64,000 nt of DNA from Chloroflexota bacterium. GTDB lineage: Bacteria; Chloroflexota; Dehalococcoidia; UBA2979. Positions 9,245 to 17,952 of the stretch are shown here, one piece after another. Both the position numbers and the translations under genes were made by a program. The notes beneath the pieces are model-generated. The model worked only from the letters and a program-made list of their open reading frames with translations, was not told the DNA's origin and made no database searches. Position 1 is the first letter of the stretch; each line of letters opens with the position of its first letter. The DNA lies in contig BTUI01000003.1 in the NCBI GenBank assembly GCA_045863195.1, forward strand, positions 68,201-132,200. The letters run 5' to 3'.

Positions 9245-9403
9245 ATGTGGCCTGAGGACGAACAGAAGCAGTCACAACCGCCCGAAAAAGTCGAGCCGCC
9301 TCAGAAGTCAAGCGAACTCCCGAAGATCCAGCCGAAGATCGAGAAGAACTCGTACGAACCCGACTCGAAGATGGACGCGCGGCCCCGTAAACGGCCCGAC
9401 TAA
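9245..9403 (+). CDS. Small hypothetical protein, 52 aa, K/E/P/Q-rich (MWPEDEQKQSQPPEKVEPPQKSSELPKIQPKIEKNSYEPDSKMDARPRKRPD)
   Basis: It lies in a lower-GC island. Its stop codon is embedded in a hairpin CCCGAC-taacg-GTCGGG followed by TTTCT, which looks like an intrinsic terminator. It is too short for the ORF track. Confidence 0.25.
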   Translation: MWPEDEQKQSQPPEKVEPPQKSSELPKIQPKIEKNSYEPDSKMDARPRKRPD

Positions 9404-9416
9404 CGGTCGGGTTTCT
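9395..9416 (+). terminator. Intrinsic-terminator-like hairpin plus T-tract at the end of the small ORF
   Basis: CCCGAC/GTCGGG stem with a 5-nt loop, followed by TTTCT. It lies at the convergence point with the minus-strand membrane ORF, whose stop is at 9400. Confidence 0.4.
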
Positions 9417-10026
9417 GCTGTCGTTCGAGGTCGACGATCACAGCAGGGATCGTCGGCGTAGTCTCGGCGCCGACAGGCATAGTTACTTGTGGGGTGTCGG
9501 TGCGCTCTCCTGAACGGACGGAGACAACCGCCAACATCGCAAGGAATGCTACGGCTGAGACCAAGAGCAGCAGACTCACCGTGAAGCAGTTCAGCTTCAG
9601 CGCAACGCGCTTCTCGGTCGCCTCGGACGCACTCGACACCGAATCGGCGAACCACCACAGGATCACGTCCTGATCGGTCTCCCCGAACGCTTGCTCACGG
9701 ATGTTTGCGATCCCAGGGAACCCTTGCATCTTGACGGGGAACAGCCCCAATGCACCAATCAAGACAGCACCGCCCCCAAGGAGCATCGCGGGCATGGCAA
9801 CGAAGCCCACGTCGAGCACGAAGATGCCAACGACAAGGGCTGCAGCCATCGCCGTAATACCGAGGAGCTTCGCGTCCGCACGGGTGGCTCGACCATGCTG
9901 ATGCTCCAACACGGACATTGCGTAGGTAAGACCGACCGAACCAAGCCGTACGGGGTGTCGATTCTCCTCAGGAACGGACGAGGCCGACTCCTGGACTGAA
10001 GTACTTCGCTGCCAGAGCCGTTTCAT
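9400..10026 (-). CDS. Hypothetical membrane protein (3 predicted TM helices)
   Basis: 208 aa with hydrophobic segments ITAMAAALVVGIFVL, AMLLGGGAVLIGALGLF and VSLLLLVSAVAFLAMLAVV. Its GC content is lower than the surroundings. Confidence 0.4.
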   Translation of the reverse strand: MKRLWQRSTSVQESASSVPEENRHPVRLGSVGLTYAMSVLEHQHGRATRADAKLLGITAMAAALVVGIFVLDVGFVAMPAMLLGGGAVLIGALGLFPVKMQGFPGIANIREQAFGETDQDVILWWFADSVSSASEATEKRVALKLNCFTVSLLLLVSAVAFLAMLAVVSVRSGERTDTPQVTMPVGAETTPTIPAVIVDLERQQKPDR

Positions 10027-10162
10027 GGCTGAGTCCCCCGGCTGGAGTCTAGCCCCCTACCCCATCGCGCGATCCTGACTAGAATGCCTGCGCCGCCCCG
10101 GTGGGGGTGCGACCGCGTGTCGTGATGGCGGCCATCAGGAATCGTCGAGGTTTGGGGGGCGT

Positions 10163-11392
10163 GTGGACGGACCGCTGGTCGGGACGAGGGTGATCGACCT
10201 CTCCCAGTACGTCGCCGGGCCGTATGCCGGCCGGATCATGGCCGGCTTCGGTGCGGACGTGATCAAGGTGGAGCCACCGGACGGCGACCCGATCCGCCAC
10301 TGGGGCCCGTTCACGGAGGGGAAGCCGAACCCGGAGACGGGCGCCCTGCACCTCTACCTCAACCAGGGCAAGCGCTCCGTCACGCTGGACCTGGACACCG
10401 CAGACGGCCGCGCCGTCCTCCGCGAGTTGATCGCCACCGCGGACGTCCTCGTGGAGTCGTTCCGGCCGGGCGCGCTCGCGGAGATCGGCTTCGGCTACGA
10501 GCAGTTGAAGGCGGAGTTCCCCGGCCTCGTCTACCTCTCGGTCACGCCGTTCGGCCAGACCGGGCCGTACGCGCAGCACCACGCGTGGGAGATCACCACC
10601 TACGCCCTGAGCGGCCTCATGTCGATCACGGGCGAGCCGGACCGGGAGCCGTTGAAGAACGGCGGCTACATCGGCCAGTACGGCACCGGGCAGAACGCCT
10701 ACATCGCCACGCTCGCCGCGCTGTGGGAGCGCACCGCCTCCGGCCTGGGCCAGCACATCGACGTCTCCGTCTTCGAGCACACGACCTCGTTGCTGGAGAT
10801 GACGGACATGTACTGGATCTACGGCGGGGAGATCTACCCGCGCTCCGGCAACGGCGCGCGCGCCGCGTGGGGCATCTACCCCTGCGCGGACGGCTTCGTC
10901 GGCGTGGTCTCCGGCCCGCTGCGGCGCTGGGCGAACATCGCCACCCTCATGGAGGAGCCACAACTGGCGGAGGAGCGCTTCCAGCGCCCCGGCTCGCAGG
11001 CGGAACTGCGCGACGAGATCGACGCGCTGATGCTGCCGTGGCTGCTGACGCACGAGAAGGAGGAGATCTACCAGAAGGCGCAGGCCCTCGGCCTTCCCTT
11101 CGGTTATGTCTCTACCCCGGCGGACTTCTTCAAGAACGAGCAACTCCAGTACCGCGGCTTCTTCCACGAGGTGGAGCACCCGGTCGCCGGCACCATGAAG
11201 TACCCCTCGGTCGCGGCGCACTTCTCGGACGGCCTGTGGGAGTCGAAGCGCGCGCCGCTGCTCGGCGAACACACCGCGGAGGTGGTCGCCTCGCTCGGCC
11301 ACGACCGCGCCTCGGCGGAGCGCCTGGCCGCGGCCGGCGCCTTCGGCGGCGCACCCAACGACCGGCGTCCGACGAAGGGAGCCGCCCGATGA
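10163..11392 (+). CDS. CoA-transferase family III (CaiB/BaiF)
   Basis: The N-terminus has LVGTRVIDLSQYVAGPYAGRIMAGFGADVIKVEPP. A conserved Asp-containing central region and a C-terminal PLLGEHT motif are present. Confidence 0.8.
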   Translation: MDGPLVGTRVIDLSQYVAGPYAGRIMAGFGADVIKVEPPDGDPIRHWGPFTEGKPNPETGALHLYLNQGKRSVTLDLDTADGRAVLRELIATADVLVESFRPGALAEIGFGYEQLKAEFPGLVYLSVTPFGQTGPYAQHHAWEITTYALSGLMSITGEPDREPLKNGGYIGQYGTGQNAYIATLAALWERTASGLGQHIDVSVFEHTTSLLEMTDMYWIYGGEIYPRSGNGARAAWGIYPCADGFVGVVSGPLRRWANIATLMEEPQLAEERFQRPGSQAELRDEIDALMLPWLLTHEKEEIYQKAQALGLPFGYVSTPADFFKNEQLQYRGFFHEVEHPVAGTMKYPSVAAHFSDGLWESKRAPLLGEHTAEVVASLGHDRASAERLAAAGAFGGAPNDRRPTKGAAR

Positions 11393-12762
11393 CCGACGCG
11401 ACGAAGCGCGACGCGGTGGTGCCGTCCGGCATCACGATGGCGAACGGCCGCACCCTGCCCCTGCGCGAGGGCCAGAGCGGGCCGCTGACGGGCCTCGTGG
11501 TCCTCGACTGCTCGATGGTGTGGGCGGGCCCGTACTGCACGAAGCTCCTGGGCGACCTGGGCGCCACGATCATCAAGATCGAGGCGAACCGGCAGACGGA
11601 CTCGATCCGCGGCGTGGCGATCCCGCCGAAGCCGGCGCCGCCCACCTACTTCAACAACGACATCGGCGAGGACCCGTGGAACCGCAACGGGTACTTCAAC
11701 AAGTACAACCGCAACAAGCTCGGCATGTGCATGAACATCCTCATGGACGAGGGCCGCAAGGTGTTCATGGAACTGGCCGCGCTGGCGGACGTGGTGGTGG
11801 AGAACTTCGGCGGCGGCGTCTTCGAGCGCATGGGGTACGGCTACGACGTGCTCCGCAGCGTGAACGAGGACGTGGTCTTCGTCTCCATGCCGCCCTCCGG
11901 CAACGGCGGGCCGGAGGCGAAGTACGTGGGCTACGGCGTCGCCATCGAGCAGCTCGGCGGCATCGTGGCGCGGACGGGCTACATCGGCGACTACGCGCCG
12001 ATGAAGACGGGCATCAACTACGGCGACCCGATCGCCGGCATGCACACGGCGTCCTACATCATGACCGCGCTCATGCACCGCAAGAAGACGGGCCGCGGCC
12101 AGTACATCGACCTCTCGCAGCGCGAGGCGACGATCGGCTGGGTGGGCGAGTCCGTCCTCGAGTGGCAGATGACCGGCGAGGACCCGACGTGGATCGGTAA
12201 CCGCGACCGGTACATGGCCCCCTCCGGCGTCTACCGCTGCACGGGCGAGGACCGCTGGCTCGCGCTGGCGGTCGGCTCGGACGCGGAGTGGAAGGCGCTC
12301 TGCGCCGCCATCCAGGAGCCGGAACTCGTCGCGAAGTACCCGACGTTCGACGCGCGCGCGCAGGCGCACGACGAGATCGACGCGGTGCTCTCCGCGTGGT
12401 GCGCCACGCGCGACGCGGACGAGGCGATGACGCTGCTCCAGCAGTTCGGCGTGGCGGCCGGCGTCTGCTCCGACAGCCGCCGCGTGGTGGAAGACCCGCA
12501 CCTGCGGGCGCGGGGCTTCTGGCCCACGGTCGACCACGCCTCCGTCGGCGAGCACATCCTCGCCGGCCCGGCCTGGCAGTACGACCGCACGCCGAGCGCT
12601 GTGTACGCGGCCGCGCCGCAACTGGGCCAGCACACGGACTGGGTGCTCCGCGAAGTCCTCGGCAAGTCGGAAGCGGAGATCGCCGCGCTCCGCGACGCGG
12701 GCATCCTGGAGAACATCCCGGAAGAAGTCCTGAAGCAGCGCGCCGCGCAGCAGCAGGCATAG
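11389..12762 (+). CDS. CoA-transferase family III (CaiB/BaiF), paralog
   Basis: The sequence has LTGLVVLDCSMVWAGPYCTKLLGDLGATIIKIE and a C-terminal PQLGQHT. An ATGA overlap with the upstream paralog indicates translational coupling. Confidence 0.8.
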   Translation: MTDATKRDAVVPSGITMANGRTLPLREGQSGPLTGLVVLDCSMVWAGPYCTKLLGDLGATIIKIEANRQTDSIRGVAIPPKPAPPTYFNNDIGEDPWNRNGYFNKYNRNKLGMCMNILMDEGRKVFMELAALADVVVENFGGGVFERMGYGYDVLRSVNEDVVFVSMPPSGNGGPEAKYVGYGVAIEQLGGIVARTGYIGDYAPMKTGINYGDPIAGMHTASYIMTALMHRKKTGRGQYIDLSQREATIGWVGESVLEWQMTGEDPTWIGNRDRYMAPSGVYRCTGEDRWLALAVGSDAEWKALCAAIQEPELVAKYPTFDARAQAHDEIDAVLSAWCATRDADEAMTLLQQFGVAAGVCSDSRRVVEDPHLRARGFWPTVDHASVGEHILAGPAWQYDRTPSAVYAAAPQLGQHTDWVLREVLGKSEAEIAALRDAGILENIPEEVLKQRAAQQQA

Positions 12763-12770
12763 CGGGCCGC

Positions 12771-13676
12771 ATGACGTTCGCACGAGGGCCGCGACGGGCC
12801 GCCACTGGCGGAATCGTCGCGGCCCTCGTCGCGCTGCTCCTCGTCTCCTCGGGCGGCAGCGCCGCCGCGCAGACGCCGCCGGCGACGGCCGGCGGTCCGC
12901 CGATCGCGGAACTGCAGGCGGAACTCCAGCGCCTCATCGACACCTATCGCGGCGGCGGCGAGTACGCCGTCGCCGTCACCGACCTCCAGACCGGCGAGAC
13001 GGTCTCCGTGTACGGCGACCGCCCGCACCTCGCGGCGTGCAGCGTGAACCTGTTCGTGCTGCTGCAGACGATGGTGGACCTGCAGGCGGGACGCGTACGC
13101 GAGGAGCAGGTCGGCCGGCTGATGGCGCAGACGATCTACGCCAGCAACCCTGTCACGGCGCGATCGCTGTACGTCCTCCTCGGCAACGGGGACGTACTGC
13201 GCGGCCTCCGACGTGTCACGGCGCTGATGGATCGGATGGGAATGGAGGACACCGTCCTCAACCACCCGCCCGGCTTCGGCCGCGACTCGCTCGGCATCGA
13301 CCGGAACAACTGGATCACGGCGCTGGACATGAACCGCGGGCTCCAGGCGATCTGGGACGGCCCGATCCTGCGGGAACGCTGGCGTGACGACTTCCTCGAG
13401 CGGCTCACGCTGGTGAAGCCCGGCCTGAACTACCTCACCGCCACCGTCCCCGCCACGGTGAGCCACAAGAACGGCTTCTTCCCGGCGACCGATGGCACGT
13501 TCGTCGATAACGACGCCGCGATCGTGCGGTTCACCTCGGACGGCCGCGAGTACGCCTACGCGATCTCGTTCTTCTCCCAGTGGGTGCCGAAGAAGTACGC
13601 CGACATCCCCCTCGGCCAGTCGCTCGTCCGCACCACCTGGCTCTTCTTCCAGGCCCGCTACGGCGAGGCGGACTGA
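12771..13676 (+). CDS. Secreted serine-hydrolase, class A beta-lactamase-related fold (active-site motifs not clearly canonical)
   Basis: There is a signal peptide, and the overall length and pattern fit the PenP-like fold. I could not confidently locate a canonical SxxK motif. Confidence 0.5.
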   Translation: MTFARGPRRAATGGIVAALVALLLVSSGGSAAAQTPPATAGGPPIAELQAELQRLIDTYRGGGEYAVAVTDLQTGETVSVYGDRPHLAACSVNLFVLLQTMVDLQAGRVREEQVGRLMAQTIYASNPVTARSLYVLLGNGDVLRGLRRVTALMDRMGMEDTVLNHPPGFGRDSLGIDRNNWITALDMNRGLQAIWDGPILRERWRDDFLERLTLVKPGLNYLTATVPATVSHKNGFFPATDGTFVDNDAAIVRFTSDGREYAYAISFFSQWVPKKYADIPLGQSLVRTTWLFFQARYGEAD

Positions 13677-13683
13677 GACACGA

Positions 13684-13709
13684 CGAGGGGGCGCCGATGC
13701 GCCCCCTCG
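13684..13709. terminator. Perfect 11-bp GC hairpin (CGAGGGGGCGC-cgat-GCGCCCCCTCG), a bidirectional terminator between convergent genes
   Basis: It lies between the plus-strand hydrolase (stop 13676) and the minus-strand flotillin (stop 13747). Confidence 0.5.
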
Positions 13710-13746
13710 CTACTGTGCTGCCCTGGCCTGCCCCCGCGTTCCCGCG

Positions 13747-15252
13747 CTACACCTCGGCCGGCGGAGCCGCCGCCGGCGCCCCGCCGAGCCGCGAGGCGTC
13801 ACCGGTGCGGACGAGCGAGATGAGGTCGACGAGGCCGAGGCCAACCGTCTGCTGGAGCGCAGCGTCCGTCGTCGCCAGCACCTCGGGCGTCAGGTTCAGC
13901 AGCTGCTTGGTCGTGCTGCCGCCGCCCCCGCCGCCGAAGTCCATCAGCCGGATCTCGTCGACGTGCGAGATCGGTGACGCCGCGGCGGCGACGATCTCCG
14001 GCAGCCGGGCGATGATGTCCGTCGCCAGCTGCACGCGGATCGCCTCGTCCGTGTATTGCTTGAGGGCGGTCGCGCGCTCCGCGAGACCCCTCGCCTCCGC
14101 GAGCAGTTTCGCGGCGATCGCGTCGGCGTCCGCGTTACCGCGTTCGCGCGTGGCGGACGCTTCACCCTCACCCTTGAGGACGATCGCGAGCCGTTCCGCC
14201 TCGGCGCGGCGGCGTTCGGCCTCCGCCTCCGCCTCGGCGCGCAGGATGCGCTCCTGCTTGCGGCCTTCCGAGTCCAGGATGAGGCGCTGCTTCTCCGCCT
14301 CGGCGGCGGCCACGACCTCCGCCTCCAGTTCGCGACGGCGCTGCTCCGCGTGCTTCTGCGCGAGGACGGCGAGCGCCTCCGCGACCTGCTGCTTCGCTTC
14401 GGCCTCGGCCTGCTGCGCGGCCTGCAGGGCGCGCGCCTCTTCGGCGGTGGTGAGCGCCTGGTACTGCGCCTTCTTGACGTCGCGCTCCTTCTCCGCCTCC
14501 GCGACCAGCGTGTCGGCGGAGGCGCGCGCCTGCTCCGACTCCTGGCGAGCGACCGCCTCCGCGATCGTCGCCTCCCGGTCCGCGTTTGCCTCGCCGATGC
14601 GTGCGTCACGCTTGACCTCGGCGGTGCGTTTGCGGCCCAGCGCGTCCAGGTAGCCGACCTCATCGCTGATCTCGCGCAGCGTGAGCGTGTCGAGCGTGAT
14701 GCCCATCTGGGTGAGTTCGGCCTGCGCCTGCTCCGCGATCTGTCCCTGGAACGCGGTGCGGTCCTGGTAGATCTCCTCCGGCGTCAGTTGCCCGCACACG
14801 CCGCGGAGGTGGCCCTCCAGCACCGCCTGCACGTCACGCTCGATGTCGGTCCGCGGACGGCCGAGGTAGCGCTCGGCCGCGTTCATGATCCCCTCGGAGT
14901 CGCTGGACACCTTGAAGATGGCGGTGCCGGCGACGATCAGCGGGACGCCCTCCTTCGAGATGGCGTTGACGGTGCGCACCTCGGTGCTGATGACGTGCAG
15001 CGACATCCGCTCGAGTTGTTCGAGGACGGGGAAGATGAACGCACCACCGCTGCGCACCACGCGGAAGCCCACGTTCTCGGTGGTCCCGTCCGGACGACGC
15101 CGTGAGTTGCGGCGACCCGAGATCACCAGCACCTCGTCCGGCCCGGCGCGCTCGTACCTCGATGCCCACGTGCCGAAGATGGCGGCGAGCACCAGCACCA
15201 TGATCGCGACGATGAGGCCGATGCCCAGGTTGATGCCGGGGAGGTCAAACAT
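13747..15252 (-). CDS. Flotillin / SPFH (band 7) domain protein
   Basis: 501 aa with an N-terminal TM helix, an SPFH domain, a long EA-rich coiled-coil repeat region and a Gly-rich C-terminal tail. Confidence 0.8.
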   Translation of the reverse strand: MFDLPGINLGIGLIVAIMVLVLAAIFGTWASRYERAGPDEVLVISGRRNSRRRPDGTTENVGFRVVRSGGAFIFPVLEQLERMSLHVISTEVRTVNAISKEGVPLIVAGTAIFKVSSDSEGIMNAAERYLGRPRTDIERDVQAVLEGHLRGVCGQLTPEEIYQDRTAFQGQIAEQAQAELTQMGITLDTLTLREISDEVGYLDALGRKRTAEVKRDARIGEANADREATIAEAVARQESEQARASADTLVAEAEKERDVKKAQYQALTTAEEARALQAAQQAEAEAKQQVAEALAVLAQKHAEQRRRELEAEVVAAAEAEKQRLILDSEGRKQERILRAEAEAEAERRRAEAERLAIVLKGEGEASATRERGNADADAIAAKLLAEARGLAERATALKQYTDEAIRVQLATDIIARLPEIVAAAASPISHVDEIRLMDFGGGGGGSTTKQLLNLTPEVLATTDAALQQTVGLGLVDLISLVRTGDASRLGGAPAAAPPAEV

Positions 15253-15255
15253 CGG

Positions 15256-15849
15256 TCAGTCCGTTTCCGCGGGGGCCACGTGAAGTTCGCCCGCCACAAT
15301 GCGCTTCACCACGACCACCGTCCCCTGCGGGATCGCCCCGCCGGAAGCGGAGCGGGCGGGCGCCGTGTGGGTACCGCCCGACATCGAGTAACTCACGCGC
15401 CCCGGCGTCGACTCGCCGATCGGGAGCGTGACGATCCCCTGCGCGCCCGTCATATCGGCGAGCGCGTGGGTGGTGGAGATCTCCTGCTTCATGAACAAGC
15501 GGGTCATGAGGACGACCGCCGCCATCATCGGGATCCCGCCGGCGATGCCGCCTGCCGCAGCGAAGAGCGACGGCACATCGAAGTAGCCGCTGAGCAGCCA
15601 CCCCACCGACCCGAACCCGGCGAGGAACGCCGTGACCGTCTGGACGTTCAGCAGCCCCGCACCCGCGTCGTCCACGCCGCCCAGTTCGGGCGAGATCACA
15701 TCGAACACTTCGCCGAGCAGGAACGTGACGATGAGGATCGCCGCGGCGAGCAGCGCGATCAGCATGAAGACGACGGTGTCCGCGCGCTGGGCGATGTCCA
15801 GCCCGAAGATCTGCAGTAGGTCCAAGGTCAGCCCCCGCCAGCAGCACAC
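15256..15849 (-). CDS. NfeD-family membrane protein (flotillin-associated)
   Basis: A hydrophobic N-terminus is followed by a C-terminal OB-fold-like segment (GTVVVVKRIVAGELHV). It sits 3 nt upstream of the flotillin gene on the same strand. Confidence 0.6.
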   Translation of the reverse strand: MCCWRGLTLDLLQIFGLDIAQRADTVVFMLIALLAAAILIVTFLLGEVFDVISPELGGVDDAGAGLLNVQTVTAFLAGFGSVGWLLSGYFDVPSLFAAAGGIAGGIPMMAAVVLMTRLFMKQEISTTHALADMTGAQGIVTLPIGESTPGRVSYSMSGGTHTAPARSASGGAIPQGTVVVVKRIVAGELHVAPAETD

Positions 15850-15898
15850 TCAGTCTCGCGAGGATGCTACCCGAATCGAGCACCCGGTGTGCGTGCGG

Positions 15899-16339
15899 TC
15901 ATGCCTCGCTGGCCACCACTGACGCCTCGAGCGCCGCGCGCACGTCCGGTGGCAACTCCGAGGCGCGGCCGTCGGCGTCGAGCCAGACCTGCGCGCTGGA
16001 TCCGGTGGCGCACACGGTGCCATCGGCCGGCCGCGTGATGCGGTAGGCGAGGCCGAACGAACGACGTCCCACGCTGCTCGTCCACGCCTCGACGCGCACG
16101 ACGTCCCGATGGCGCAGCGGCGCGAGGAATCGACACGTGGTCTCCGCGATCGTGAACGCGCGGTCCGCGACGCCGGGCGGCCTCGGCCGGACGACGACGC
16201 GCAGCCGCGTCAGGTGCTCGAGGCGCGCCTGCTCGAAGAACTGGAAGAAACGCGAGTTGTTGACGATGCCGTCGCCATCGATGTCGGTGGATCGCACCCA
16301 GATCTCGATGCCTGTGGCGGCTGGTTCGCGCTCGGACAT
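15899..16339 (-). CDS. Acyl-CoA thioesterase, hotdog fold (4HBT/YbgC-like)
   Basis: 146 aa with a hotdog-fold pattern (DIDGDGIVNNSRFFQFFEQAR ... VVRVEAW). Confidence 0.6.
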   Translation of the reverse strand: MSEREPAATGIEIWVRSTDIDGDGIVNNSRFFQFFEQARLEHLTRLRVVVRPRPPGVADRAFTIAETTCRFLAPLRHRDVVRVEAWTSSVGRRSFGLAYRITRPADGTVCATGSSAQVWLDADGRASELPPDVRAALEASVVASEA

Positions 16340-16345
16340 CGTGCC

Positions 16346-17866
16346 CTACTTCCCGGCCGCGACGGCCCGCGCGGCGGCGGCGCCGGCGGTGCGGCCGAAG
16401 ACCGCGCCCGCCATCAGGCCGGTGCCGCCGGGGTAGTTGTGCCAGAACAGGCCGCCGACGATCTCGCCGCAGGCGTACAGGCCGGGCATCGGCGTGTCGA
16501 CGGTGTCGAGCACCTGCGCGGAGTCCGCCTGGATGCGCACGCCGCCGAAGGTGAACGTGATGCCGCAGGTCACGGCGTAGCCCACGTACGGCGGCTGCGA
16601 GAGCGGCAGCGCCCAGTTCGACTTCGGCGGGTCGATGCCGCGCGTGCTCACGCCGTCCAGTTTCGAGGGGTCGTAGTCGCCCTCCCCGCAGGCGGCGTTG
16701 TACGCCTCGATCGTGCGGACGAAGCCGCCGATGTCGATGCCCAGCTGGTCGGCGAGTTCGGGGAGCGTCATCGCCTCCGCTTTGGTCGCCTCCTTGATGC
16801 GGTACTCGTCCCGCAGCCGGTGCACGGTCTGCTGGTCGAAGATCTGGAACGCGACGGCGTACGGCTGCTTCAGGATCTCGCGGCCGTACTTCGCGTAGGT
16901 GTAGTTGCGCAGGTCCGCGCCCTCGTCCACGAACCGCTCGCCTCGCGCGTTCACGATCACGCCGAGGGGGTACGAGTGCTTCTGGTACAGGTCGCCGATG
17001 CGCCGGTTGCCGGTGGGCGGCGCCATCATGTCCCACGCCACGGCGTGCGCGCCGGACCAGTGGCCGTACGACTGCGCGCCCGCCTCCAGCGCCGCGCGCA
17101 GCATCTCGCCGGTGTTGTGACGGGTGCCGCGCACCTTCGCCACCTCCCACCCGGCGCCCAGGTAGCGCGTGCGCATCTCCTGGTTCGCCTCGAAGCCGCC
17201 GCACCCGAGCACCACCGCCCCCGCGCCGAGATCGTGGAAGCCAGTCGAGTCGAAGACGCGCACGCCCACGATGCGGCCGGTCTCGTCCTGCAGCAGGTCA
17301 CGCCCGCCGGTGCCGTAGCGCACGCCGATGCCGTGCTTCGGCAGTTGCGAGAAGAGGCTCTCCGAGATGCCCTCGCCGCCGCCGACGCCCTCGGTGATCA
17401 TGCCGCCCCAGAACCGGAGCTTGCCGTCCACCTCGTAGGCCTGGCGGCCGTACATCAGCACCCAGCGCTGCCCGGCGACGCGGCTCATCCACTGCACCGT
17501 GGGGTACGCGTTCGTGATCAGGTAATCGACCATCGACTCGTCCGCGCGCCCCTCGGTGACGCGCACCAGGTCGTCCTTGAACTTCGAGGCGGGGTAGGAC
17601 CCCACGTCGATGCGCTCGACCTCCTCGTCCGTGAGGTCGGGGATGATGCGCCGGATGTCCTTCAGGCCCTCGTACGGGAAGCGGTAGCCGCCACCGGTGT
17701 AGAAGGTGTTGCCGCCGCGCTCGCCCTCCTCCGCCTTCTCGAGGACGAGGACGCTCGCGCCCGCCTCGCGCGCGGCGATGGCGGCGCAGAGCGCCGCGTT
17801 CCCCGCGCCGACGACGATCACGTCCGCGACGCGCTCCGGCAGGCTGGACGAGTGGACGAAGGCCAT
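16346..17866 (-). CDS. FAD-binding dehydrogenase, TcuA / fumarate-reductase-flavoprotein-like
   Basis: The sequence has DVIVVGAGNAALCAAIAAREAG Rossmann-type and FAD-binding motifs, and its length and central domain are TcuA-like. Confidence 0.7.
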   Translation of the reverse strand: MAFVHSSSLPERVADVIVVGAGNAALCAAIAAREAGASVLVLEKAEEGERGGNTFYTGGGYRFPYEGLKDIRRIIPDLTDEEVERIDVGSYPASKFKDDLVRVTEGRADESMVDYLITNAYPTVQWMSRVAGQRWVLMYGRQAYEVDGKLRFWGGMITEGVGGGEGISESLFSQLPKHGIGVRYGTGGRDLLQDETGRIVGVRVFDSTGFHDLGAGAVVLGCGGFEANQEMRTRYLGAGWEVAKVRGTRHNTGEMLRAALEAGAQSYGHWSGAHAVAWDMMAPPTGNRRIGDLYQKHSYPLGVIVNARGERFVDEGADLRNYTYAKYGREILKQPYAVAFQIFDQQTVHRLRDEYRIKEATKAEAMTLPELADQLGIDIGGFVRTIEAYNAACGEGDYDPSKLDGVSTRGIDPPKSNWALPLSQPPYVGYAVTCGITFTFGGVRIQADSAQVLDTVDTPMPGLYACGEIVGGLFWHNYPGGTGLMAGAVFGRTAGAAAARAVAAGK

Positions 17867-17952
17867 GACACAACTCCCCATCGAACACCGACACCGCTAC
17901 GCGGGCAGCCTCGAACATCACACGATCACACCGCCGAGGCGTCCCGCCCCGG

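Noticed and set aside
10585-11388. Upstream extension of the 725-aa ORF-track frame containing the second CoA-transferase
   Set aside because: The extension is an out-of-frame shadow of the first CoA-transferase (Arg/Pro-rich). The conserved N-terminus and ATGA coupling place the real start at 11389.
12071-12943. Numerous 60-400-aa Arg/Pro/Ser-rich ORFs overlapping annotated genes in other frames throughout the window
   Set aside because: This is the systematic high-GC third-position artefact. Each overlaps a gene that has clear family motifs.
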